A stretch of DNA of 64,000 bases from Octopus sinensis (Eukaryota): NCBI RefSeq assembly GCF_006345805.1, contig NC_042997.1, positions 23,374,001 through 23,438,000 of the forward strand, written 5' to 3'. Shown piece after piece: positions 23,572 to 35,500 of the stretch. Numbering within the stretch: position 1 is the stretch's first letter; every line of letters begins with the position of its first letter. The position numbers and the translations under genes are program-made. The notes below the pieces were generated by a model that was given only the letters and a program-made list of their open reading frames with translations, did no database searches and was not told the DNA's origin.

Positions 23572-26192
23572 TACAAGGGTGAGCTGAAGAGTTCAGAAGC
23601 TGACTATGAGGTAGTGACACTAGAGCTATGAAATCTTGCATGATGATTTGAAAATAACTTGCACATGCAAGTGCTACCAGTTGAAAGCTCTGCATACCAG
23701 AAGCCAGCAAGTGTATGGGATCATCAGCAGAAAATGCGTGCCGTTTCAGGGCCTACCTCTCGATGGCATCAATGCACACCAGCCTCTCTCATTGATATGA
23801 GGCCCCACTTGCTAGATCAATTGGTTGTCAAATAAAGCTCAATATTCTTCTAGCCAACGCTCATCGTCTCTTTTAAGTAAATCCAGTGGCTAGACTTTTC
23901 CACTGTAGTTTGGATATTGGTCCTGGTGGTATTGACTTTATGATGAGTCAGGCCTAATGATAACAACAGTTGTCTCATACTGTGTCCAACAAATCCTCTA
24001 CATCTGGCTTCGATTGGAAAATGCTCCACTTTCCGGCCTGTGTCTTCACATTCCGTGAGGAGGTTTACATAACAGTCAATCTTTCAAGCCCAAGTAGCGT
24101 CCATCTTATCTTCATGAGGAACTGTTAACTTGACTAGATTTACAACTTTCTTTCTTTCACACCACACTAAAATGTCTGGTATTTTTCTTAACTGGGATGG
24201 GAAAAGGTTTCTGGCACCCTGGTAAATCTGCAGCCACCTCCCAATAGCCATTCCACTTTTTTTCGCTCATAGGAAGTTTCTACTTCTTGAAACGGATCTG
24301 TTATCCTGAGTGCACAAAGGTAATAAAATCTCTAGTTGGTACTTTCAACGGTTTTTTTTTCACTGCTTTTGAGATCAATTTGGTTCTTTATAGCATTGAA
24401 GATAACCTTAAGGACCAGGTTGTGTCTCCATGTATACCTATTCAAAGCTAGTGAACAGCTGGAAAGGATGTTTCAGTGTTCTGACCTTTTTGCATTTGCA
24501 TATATCATTCTCTGAGACGTTCCAGCTTACTAGAGTTGCAGGTGATGGTAAGACATCACAGGATGAATGAATCAGAAAACTTAGCCAAGATGTGGTCCAC
24601 CTCCATATCTCATTCCAATTTATTCTTCTCTCAATAACATGCTCCTCCCATCTTGTCATCTGTTCTTGTTGAGTGCATTGGATCAAATGAAGGTCTCTTA
24701 TCTCTGCTTCCCTTGTTTTGACGCTGTTGCTAACAACAGATCTGTGTTTGCTCTGCATCATACTTGCAGACAGTCTGAACCGATCTGCACCAAAACCAAG
24801 TTCCTTCCAACGAATTTGTATTGCACCCACCATATCTCAGTGTGTCAGACTGAATGTCATCAGTTTCTGCTTCTGCTTTCCACTTCCTGGCTGTTTTCAC
24901 ATCTGGTGGCTTACACCTGATTTCTATGTCCTCGGCTCTCTCAGCATCATCACCATTCATACCTTCCCTAGATTATAAATTTCGATTTTTCTTATTAATA
25001 ATTGGATTGTTTCTTTCCAGGTAAACTGACATCTGCCTGCTTAAAGAAGACCTCAGACTTAAAAAAGTAAGTAGTAGTAACTTCTCTTGCAAATAGATCA
25101 AATTTGGCATCACAGTGTTATCAAGTACCTACAGAAAAAGGGTTTAGTCCTCCAAGGGCATTCAGGCTGACGTGGTTGCTACTTAAGGGGATGATGCTCC
25201 AGCTTCATCAACAATGCAAAAGTGGGTAGCTAAATTTAGGAGGGGAAGGGAGAGTCTTCAACATGACTCAAGGTCTGAACCTTCTGTAACTGCCGCCCCT
25301 GAAGAAAACATCGATTGCATTCACCACATGAAGATGAATGACTGGCGATTGACTATAAGTCAAGTAGCCAATGCTATTAGCATATCTTGTGAGAGAGTTG
25401 AGAATATTCTGCCCATGAACTTGGCAAAACAAAGGTTTCTTCTCAGTGGGTGCCACATCTTCTGACACCTGATAAAAAGCTCACCAAACTGATCACATCA
25501 TGGGAATATCTGACATTGTTTGAAACAGATCCAGCTGGTTTCCTTGAACATTTCCTAACTCAGGATGAGTGTTAGCTTCATCACTTAGACTTGGAGACAA
25601 AAAGATAACCCATGTAGTGGAAATACTTCTCCTCACCTGCTCCAAAGAAGACCAAGGTTGTTTTATCTGCAGAGAAGGTGATGGCTTCAGTTTTTTGGGA
25701 TGCAAAAGACGTTGTGTTTATTGACTACCTTCAAAAGAACCATACCATTAATGGAGAGTACTATGCCAACTTACTGACACAGTTAAAAAAAGTTATCAAG
25801 ACCAAGCAACCAGGGAAATGGTTCTTGTTTCATCAAGATGATGCTCTAACACACAAGCCCTTAGTTTCAATGGCTTCTGTGTGTGACTGTAGCTTTGAAC
25901 TGGTTGAACATCTTCCCTATTCTCTTGATTTGGCTCCATCTGACTATCATCTGTTCCCCAACATAAAAAAGCACTTGGCTAGGAACCAGTATCACAGTTA
26001 TGTTGACGTCATGTCTGCTGTTGATGAACTTTTTGACTAACAGGATGAAAGTTTGTTCACCAATGAGATCCAGGCACTCTTGGGGAAAGTGTGTTGACCA
26101 CAATAGAGGCAATGTTGAAAAATAAACCTCATTTGGTCATATTCCATGAGAGTATCTTTGTCAGCCTATGAACTTCTCAGCTGATCCTCATA
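23572..26192 (+). mobile_element. Mariner transposon split by an internal LINE insertion
   Basis: Left TIR ta-caagggtgagctgaagagttc at 23572 and right TIR cagctgatcctca-ta at ~26192. Transposase remnants MQKWVAKFRRGRESL, VMASVFWDAKDVVFIDYL and PYSLDLAPSDYHLFPN. Confidence 0.88.
23642..24975 (-). mobile_element. Hero-like (R2-superfamily, REL endonuclease) LINE 3' fragment
   Basis: TARKWKAEAE, VLPSPATLVSW...CKC..TLKH, NRYTWRHNLVL, PDILVW...LTVPHED, PIEARCRGFVG...VEKSSHWIYLKR. Clade assigned by recalled motif similarity. Confidence 0.78.
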
Positions 26193-26323
26193 CTTTCTTA
26201 AGTAAAGGGTAGAAAAAAACATAAAACAATGTAGTTCAACATAATTAAAAAGTGGCAGGTTGGTCACACTGAAATGCCTTTAACCATAATGTCTGCTTTA
26301 TCAAAGTTGAGAGGAGTTGCTCT

Positions 26324-27487
26324 TGTAGCGAAGCTTAGTGAAATTCATCCTCTCTCTCTGACATATATAATACAAATACAGAAGTAGCAGATAACAGTTA
26401 GCCTTCGGCTGCTTAGGCCCTGTTGTGTCCACTACTCTGATTGGTTAGTTTTGGTGCAGTTTGTCTCTTGTTTTATTTCATGCCAATGTGTAACCCAACT
26501 AATCGCAGCCTTCTGATAAGGTCCCATGACGCAGTCTTCTAAATTTTCTTCTGGAGCCTACTAATCTCTATAAAGCTAGTCACAACAAACCATATTGTGT
26601 CTTTGGTTCTAGTCCTTCTAAGGACTAACCTCTGACCATAGAACATCCAGCGACACACAGCCAGTTCCAGCGACAGACAACACCACCGCAGCATTTCATG
26701 ACCGCCACCACTGTCGCCTTCATCTTAATGTCGCCTTCATCTTATGTCGCCTTCAATCTTAACGTCGTCTCCACCACCATTGCCTTCATCTAATTGACAC
26801 TAAAATTCGCCTAGGTTTAACTTCATGCTGTTTGTGAATATTTCATCATGGTTAACAGCAAGTCTACCTGTGAGAACCTTCTGTACCAAGTAACCTGGCA
26901 CAGCATAGAACCTCTACACACGTAGTAACTGGCTCTGCCCTTTTTGCCTCAATCTCTTGTACAGGACTCCAACTATTGCATTCTTACTGCGAACTAATAT
27001 TTATCTTTACCTTGTGCCTAAACATTCATCTAGTGTCCTATTGTAACCACTTTCTATACTTTGTATTGTATCTCACACTTCATTGTGTCTGAACTTCTAA
27101 CGTCCTGTAATAGACTTTCTATGCTCTGTATTTTATTTCACACGCATACACCTTGTTTGTACACACTATTGTATGCTTGACGGCCTGTTTTATTGTTCTT
27201 ATTATATATGTACTTATGTTGAACACACAGACACACTCTGCTAACACACATACATATTATTGTATGACGGCCTGTCTATTATTATTATTATGTATGTACT
27301 TATGTCAAACTCACAGACACACACTCTGCTTCCCACATGTCAACACCTAAATAAAACCTTTCTCTTAAACATATTATGGTTGTGTCGTCTTCTTATTCCT
27401 TCCTGGCACTTGTATTCATTTATCCATATTTTGGCTTTATTGTAAAGCGACTGTGCAGTGTTTAAAGGAGTCATTTATTCGTCACCA
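26324..27487 (+). mobile_element. Putative solo LTR
   Basis: TG...CA ends (tgtagcgaa / ttcgtcacca), ATTGG (reverse CCAAT) at 26440, TATAAA at 26569, AATAAA at 27350, internal short tandem repeats, CpG retained. No clean TSD found. Confidence 0.55.
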
Positions 27488-27511
27488 TCTCCTTTTATAT
27501 ATATATATATA

Positions 27512-28085
27512 ATGAAATTATTGTATACAGTGCTCAGGTGCACCACAACTTGTCAGAAAGTGCATATAAAGTACATGCAGTAATGTACAAATGTCTGGAA
27601 AGTGAACAATGTATGAGTCAGATACACGCTTGTGTGTGTATGGAGGGGAGAAAATCAGGTGTAGTGTTGGCGAATCTCAGAAAGCATGAAAGTTTTGAAG
27701 GATGCAGTGCTCCGACAACTAACAACTGATGCCGGCAGTTTGTTCCATGCTTCAGCAACTCTCAGTGTGAAAAAATGTTTCCTGAAGTCATGGGAGCTGT
27801 GCTGTTTTCTGACTTTGTAAATATGTCCACGGGTGTTAGATGGGTGGAGTTTGAAAAGGTGCTCAGAGTTATTGTTTGTACGATGGTTGATAATTTTATG
27901 GGTGTCTGCCAAGTCAGCTGCCAGACGTCGGAGTTTCAATGTGTCCATGCCCAGGGAAGTAAGGCGTTCAGGATATGGCAAATGCCTGATGGAGGGTATT
28001 CTTTTGGTTGCACGTCGCTGAACAGCTTCCAGACGATTGATATCCTGGGCAAGATAGGGGTTTTCTCACGGTCGTTCTACACTCT
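27512..28085 (-). mobile_element. CR1-clade LINE 3' fragment
   Basis: NPYLAQDINRLEAVQRRATKRIP...RGHIYKVRKQ...FFTLRVAEAWNKLP. Same family as 3433-3847. Confidence 0.92.
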
Positions 28086-31000
28086 CAACAACAATAATAA
28101 CAAATAATAAACTAGTAACAGTCTCAAACAACAATCAATGAAAGCATCTTCACTGGGAGCTTTGAAACTGTTTATACTTCAATTAGTAACTTTCAGGACT
28201 AAGTCACTGGTAATTGAAAATTTAACGAATACCATGATAGAAATATGGCAAGAAAGAGAGCTGATATGTAATCAACTTTCTAATTAACAACTAAAAAGAC
28301 ACAGTTTGAAACCCATGTATAAACCAGCAGAAATAGCTTTGTAATATACCGCTTCCATAGAAGATTTAAAACCATCATAAACAGAAGGTTGGGAATTGTC
28401 TCCCCTGCTTTTTCAGTTAGAATTGTTCATTTTGATAATGATAGTTCTCTTCACAAAAGGCATAATTTTAATTAATATTTTTTGAGTTACTATAAATATG
28501 TTACACTTCAGTATTTGAGATTAGTCATTTTCAGTAGGAATCATATGGCCTCATGGGAGTCCTGGCACATTTGAGGAGTACTACAGACTGAAAACAAAGG
28601 ACCTCAAGACATTTGAAGGAATCACAGTTGAAACTGTGTGTAGGGGAACCCAAATGGTTTAAGAGGCCCTGCACTGAATCAATGATATATCCAAATGGCA
28701 GTTTATACTAGGACCACTAGTAGGAAATAATCAATAGATTGGGAAATTGTCAATTTTGGAGGACATTGGTCTAAAATTGAAAGGCTGCCATCAAATTTGC
28801 TGGTGATCCAACAAATCTGTCTCTATATAACAGTGGGCAATTATCTATTTAAATGTGGAGAAAACAAGTTAAATGCAGTGGTAATTTTGAGGTCTGTGTC
28901 AGCATAATGGTAATGAAATATCCAGTAAACAAGAATACAAAATATGTAATTACGCTATGAAGGAAGAAAGAGGTGAATTCAATGTTCTGTACTGTGTGCA
29001 CCACAGAACTCCCACTTTTCACTTGCATAGAGAACAATAATTAATTTCTTTTTTCTTTCAAAATTACTAACTACATTGCCCTCCTGTAATGATGCTGCTT
29101 CTCAACAATCCCACACTTTGATAAATGCCCTTATGTTCACTTCACCCTCAGTCCCCACCCATATGTGTGTACACACACACAATCTGTCCACTACATGCAT
29201 AACTTTATGCTTTGTTTACACCACCCTTATATTAACAAACTATAGCTGTTTACAGTCCAAAATCTACAATGCACTCATACACTCCCCAGCATACATATAC
29301 ACTCCTCCTCACACATTAATATGCTCAATTACTACAGATGACCTTGCTATCACTCTTTAGCTGTAAAAGATTATTCTAAATACTTCAGCTCCACCCACTT
29401 TGTTTAACTCACTCTCCATGCATATTTTGAAATAACAACACTGGTTTCCACAAAACTTTTTCTTCTTTTCCTCCTTTTTTTTTGTCTTCTGTTCTTGATG
29501 TGTACTTTGTGTTCTTGGTCATTGCTTTGTTGTTGCCTTTATTATTCTCAGAGTTTGGGGATATTCTAAAACTTAAAATAAATTCATAAATTCATGTATT
29601 AAACTACTGATTATTATAAGGTTCTATTGTTTTTAAAATGACAAAGCTTCACTTTTTTTTCAAAGAATCTTACAGATAGTCATGTTTTTAGCTGATCTGT
29701 CAGAAATTTCTGGTACAGGTTTGACATCATTGTTCCCATGTTCAGGATTACCATAAAACCAAAAATTTTGTTTCTGACTATCTGGCTTCTGTTATTACCA
29801 AAAGAGTCCTCATTTTCCTTCTAATTTTCTTTGTTAGATGCTTGTTTATCTATTCTACTAACTTTATTGAAAAAGTATGTGTGCTGTTCATTCTTTATTA
29901 TTTTCTCTGCAACAAGTCTCTCAATAATTTTTATTGCTTTTAGAAATAATTTTACCTATGAATTTCTTGGTGGTAGGTGGGGTTAAAAGGTGTTGGTAAT
30001 ATTCAAAGTATATTCGCTGTAGGGGTTCATCACATTTCCACAAACCGGAACTCTGTATATATGTTGGATATGCATGTGTATATTTTATTATGAGAGTAGG
30101 GAGTCAAACAAATTAAAAAATATACATTTAAAGAAAAGAAACAATCAGTCGATTTCTTTAAAACAACCCATTGTTGCCAGAAGAATAAGATGATGTGAAA
30201 CATTAAAAAGGAATTGCTCAGATCACTTCAATCCAAAAAATTTTCTTTAGAATTAATAAAATTACTTTACAAGAGAATGACATGTTTCTTAGTGTTTAAG
30301 TGAGACTCAATTGTTACCTGTCACTACACTGCTAATGAAAATATTTGTTTAATCTAGCACATACCTTCATAAATTGTTCAAAGTGAAAGTCTTTGTTTAA
30401 ACTCTGTGATGTGCTGTCTATACTTTGAAAGACACACAGATACATACACAACTCCCCCAAAAAATAACTATATATATATATTACACACACACATACTGGC
30501 TTTTTTTTAAGTCTGTGTAGCATTGTGCTGACAGAGTTGCACTTAAAATTTCTGCTTTTTCATTAAACTTGTAAATTACTATGGTAACAACATTATCTAT
30601 CTTTCACACACACACACTCTCTTTCTCTCTCTGTCTCTTTCTCTCTCTGTTACTATATTTCTCTCTTAACAACAACTTTTTCTGTTCCTCGTTTTCCCTC
30701 TTTCTAATGGATGCTGTGATGGACAGACAGAGATCAGCTTCTCTTTTATAATATAAGATTCTGAAATAAAAACAAAATCACATCCTCCTAACTTAGAAAA
30801 AGACAAATTGGGGAAATGTGATCTTGGGTTCCTTGTGTATAGGGGAAATACAAGATAAACATAGTTTCAATGCCTTTTATTACATGTTTGCACAATCAAG
30901 ATTGATCTGGGAATAAACATTCATTATGAATCTGAGCCAATGAGTGTCAATCTCTTGTCATAGGTTTGATATATAAATTAAATACCCTTCAAATCACACA

Positions 31001-32493
31001 GTGCTACCTAAAAATATAATGAACTTTCTGTATGTAGTATTCAGGTTCACTGCAATTTGTTGAAAAAGGGTAGAAGGGGACAGTAGTGACACACAATCCT
31101 AGATCAAAAGTTCTCAAACTTTTTAAGCCACTACACCCCCTCAAGGCCACATGCATATTTTTATGTATAAATAAATATTTTACTAATCTATATGTATTAT
31201 GAATCATTTGATATTTAACATAATATTATAAAATTTTTATATAATACTATAATAATATAATAAATTCATAGCGTCCCCCAATCCACTGCCAAAAAAGAAA
31301 CCTTCATTACATATTCTTACTCAATAAAATAATGCACAAATTTAAAACGCATATAGAAGAAGACAGCATTGTAGTGGCTTGCATGATTTTTAATGGTTTT
31401 AATTACATCAGAAGGAGAAGGCTTTGGGCTTAACTAAACGTCTTTGTTAGGTGTGAAATTAAATCCTCGACTCACCTGATCAACAACGTAATAACCCTAT
31501 GTCATAAATTATATATACGAATAACAAACACTGAAAGTGTAACAGATATAGCTAAGTGTGTCAAAGAAAGGTGTTTTGGTGTAAGCAGAGAATATATCAT
31601 GATCTGTGTCGAAATATCATAATACAAAACTTGCAGTGAATTAATTGAATTTTCAGAGAAGAAATAAACCTTTTCTTTAGGAATGTGAGAGAGAAAGGTG
31701 TTCAAAAGCATTTGGTTGTTGGACAAAGGTTTCTGAGATCTTCTGGTAGTTCAACATTAATTACACTTCAGTCGCAGTTCTCTCTTCGAAGTACAGCAGA
31801 AACAGATCTTGTTGCCTCTCTGTTTCGCAAAAGAACCTTTAGTAGCAACATTCAGCAAAGTGCTGCATACATGCATAGTGATAGGGTTTCGGTAAACGGA
31901 GCTTTCCACATTGTAAATGCAAACAATATGTGAAGAAAGGTAGTTAACTCGCTTTGATACATCACCATGTTATCCCATGGCAAGCCAGTAAGGCATTAGG
32001 AAAAAAGGGAAGCAACAGTGTAATACAAAAATTGAAAAATAAAGAACAAAATATGTAGACATACTGAGAGCAAGTGTCAGTAGTATGCTGCCCAGAAAGG
32101 TAGTTTCTGTAGTGTTAACATGTGATTTATAACCTCTAAAAACTATGCACAACTTTACATGAAACAGAAATCTCAAAATACAGTGGTCAGTAAGTAGTTG
32201 CAACTGTAGGTCTTGATTACTAGTATGCAGCAGTGTTTGGTACAAGAGTCTCCCACAAAAGAAAAGAAATACATGCAACAAAGGAATGTATTAAAAAGGC
32301 AATGTTATAAGCCCTGTATGAAAGGAATTTCACACCAATAACAAGAGTTTGTTCATATAAATGTCACTAAGTTCGTGCATTAAAAAGTATATGTTGCTAC
32401 GGTGTTCATAGCAAAAGGAGAGCGATGAAAGACTAAAGCCATAATAGTATACCACTAAAACAGCCCATCCAGGTAGACTTTTAGGGAGGGGCT

Positions 32494-33090
32494 TCAATGA
32501 GAATGATGAGCTTGGTAAAGTGAAAATAGCCTCTCAACCTCAGGCTGAATTGTGCTAAAAATAAGCCCGAGATCACCACGCTCCATAATTCGGAGCTTAC
32601 ACTGCTGCTTCATAAGAAGGCGAGCGACTACACTGAATCCTCTCTCAACCAAATAGGATGTTGGAAAGGCAATGAAAATCGATTTGATTTTCTTCCAAAG
32701 CTCCGGATAGTGGTCACAGAGAGCTTTTTGAAGCCCAAATTCTTGATAGCACTTGCGGAATTCAGGCTTCAATTCAATATCATCTTGAAGAGTTATCAGC
32801 TCCTCTTCTAACTCTCCACTCTTTTCTCCACCGATGTCAATGAAAGGGTTGACAATCCAGTCAGGAACTCGAAGAACAAACAGATCATGAAATCAACGCT
32901 TCATATCTTCTTGCAGTTCAGTGAGGTGGGAGCAAAAGACAAATAGATCCTTGTCTGCAGGCTTTCTGTTCTTTTCAAAACCTGATGAAATATGAAGAAT
33001 TTCCTACCTTTGTCTACCTTGCAAAATAAAATACCTCAATCACAAACAAGTTGCAACGACTGAATTGAGATGCTTGGTGATAATGAGCAA
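32494..33090 (-). pseudogene. hAT (Buster-type) transposase C-terminal remnant
   Basis: HLTELQEDMKR*FHDL...VPDWIVNPF...ELEEELITLQ and FPTSYLVERGFSVV...RGDL...QAHHSH* (hAT dimerisation domain). Confidence 0.88.
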
Positions 33091-33125
33091 ACAATATCTG
33101 TATCCCTTTATACACACACACAAAC

Positions 33126-33163
<38 letters not shown>

Positions 33164-33859
33164 CTTGTTTTGGGTACAGAAGGAATGTCATCTCCAATTT
33201 TTATTGCCTATGGAGGTCAAAGGCCACTGCTCTGAGTACAAAGTGACCAACTTTTCAACAACATCAAATCAAAAACATCTGAAAATATGACCACATCTAT
33301 ACAACCATTCTCTCTCCATCACATTAATGAATACAAAAGAATTAAGAAAAGCAAGACCATGAAATGTAATTATAATTCTTACTGGAGAAAATCAAAAACA
33401 ACATCTGGCCTTCCAATTAAAAAATACTCCAATACAATAGATTCTTTTCCATCCCTACCTAAAAGGTCAATAAAAGAGAAAATATCTACATATTGAATTA
33501 AGTAAGTTTGACCACACTGATACAAAAGCTATGCCTTGCCCTACATCTCAAACTTTTTTCTTTCTTCTTTTCTAGTTTCTTTTCTCTTCTCTATCTTCAC
33601 TATCTCCCACTCTCTCCTTCTCTCACCCCTGCACCTTCCTTTCTAATTTATTCCTCTCTTTCTCCCTAACTGTCTCTATTTATAAAACATCATCTCTTCC
33701 AATTTTATATTAAAAAAAAAGCCAAGCAAACTGACTATGCAAATGTATGTATGTGTGTCATTATTCAATTTATTTCAAGATTTTTTGCCAATAAAGAACC
33801 AGTTTCTAACCTAACATCAACAACAGGGTATTTTTGTTTGTATGTATGTATGTGCAGAT

Positions 33860-35500
33860 GTGTGTTTTATATATGTATTCTCATGCATATAGTTGCATGG
33901 AAAGTTTTACATATTTTTACAGTTCCAGTAATGGATTGGATCTGTAGGCTTCAAATTAACTTTCTCCTTTTTTGTTTTGAGAAGTCTAATTTTTCAAGAT
34001 TGGTATTTAGATAGTGTGTTACATATCCCAGGGCCCCAATAATTACAGGTATAAACCTGAACTTGTAATCTGGATAGAGTAACTGCAGATTTCTTAATAG
34101 TTCAGCATAGGTGTTCTCCTTTTCACTGATCTTTAATTTAGCTTTAGGTTAACATCCGCTGGGCAGCTAATTTCCACAACTGTACACAGTTGCTCTTCTC
34201 TATCCTAAATCATTATATCAAGCTTGTTGTGCTTACATTTTATTGAGGTCTTCACTGGTATATTCCACCAGTATTCCTTATTATTATGAGTAGTTATGGC
34301 TTCTACCAGATTTTGGGTTCTTATTTCTTTGTCCTTAAGATTATCCTTTCAACAGATTTCATTATAGAGTGTCCTAGCTACAACATCATGTCTCATCGGT
34401 AGATAATACTGTGATGACATTGTCAGACAACTGCTTATGATGTGGGTGATATCTTCAATGTGAACTCCACAAAGTCTGCATCGGTTGTCACACTTTATGG
34501 CTTTACCTGCATCTCTATTCCTTTTATGCATCAGGTACTTGGTTAATATTTCTTGTTCCTGGATTGCAAATGCGTACCCTTCAAAGTGGGAGGTAGTAAT
34601 CCGGCTATTGGTCCATGATAAACTGCTTTGATGATCAATGTTACAATCATCACAGAGCTTTCTAGTAATATATCCAAGCATAGTCATCTACTCATATAGG
34701 CTTTCATCTGATGATACATTGCAGTAGAGTCATGCAACTTCTTTCAGCATGTATTTTAGGTTATCAGACAAAAAGTGTTGCTCAAGTAGCTGCCTTCCAA
34801 GTCTTATGATGTTATCAGCCTCATGCATGCAAACTTGGTCAAGGGATGCACTTAAACACTTGGTGGTTAAATGATGTTGCCGAAGGGATATGATGCGACA
34901 TCCAAAGGCATTTTGGATTAATGTTAAGCCTCTTCCACCTTGTTTTCATTTTAGGTAGAGGCGAGCTACATCACTGTTTATGTGGAAATTATGTGTGCTT
35001 GTTCGTATTTTTCAGGTTTTCACATCAATAGCTTGGGTCTCATCAAGCGTCCAATCAAGCAGCCCAAATATTGGTATGAGTACTGGTACTGCAAACACAT
35101 TGTTGGCCCCTGTTTTATTGAATGCAGAGAGTTCTGAGGCCCAATTTTTCTTTATTCAGCTGTAATATTCTTTAGTGACACGTGTTTTGTTACAGGTGCC
35201 ACTGTAAGATATATTTTCCTCCACCCCTAGATACCTGTAACATTCCTCATCAGATACAGGGGAAGCAGTCAAATCATTAATGGAGATGTTACAAGTCTGG
35301 TTTATAGTTTTCCCCCTTTTCACAACCATATAACATTTATCCTGACCAAACTCCAATCCTAGATCCTTTGAGAATATTGTAACTAGGGCATGGCTCTTTT
35401 TCACCTCATGCATATTCTTTGCATAAAGTTTTAAGTCATCCACACAGAAACAGTGTGTAATTTTGGTATTTCTGTTTCCTTGTGAATAAGTGCGATATCC
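33860..35500 (-). mobile_element. R4/Dong-like LINE fragment (RT to REL)
   Basis: CVDDLKLYAK (RT), GGRGL, FAIQEQEI, CRLCGVHIEDITHIISSC...RHDVVA, VEISCPADVN...PVIIGALG. Confidence 0.85.

Noticed and set aside
23690-23760. Possible hammerhead ribozyme (GAAAC...CTGATGA on the minus strand) in the Hero 3' UTR
   Set aside because: Only ~15 nt separate the two core motifs, with no room for stems I and III and no GUH cleavage triplet.
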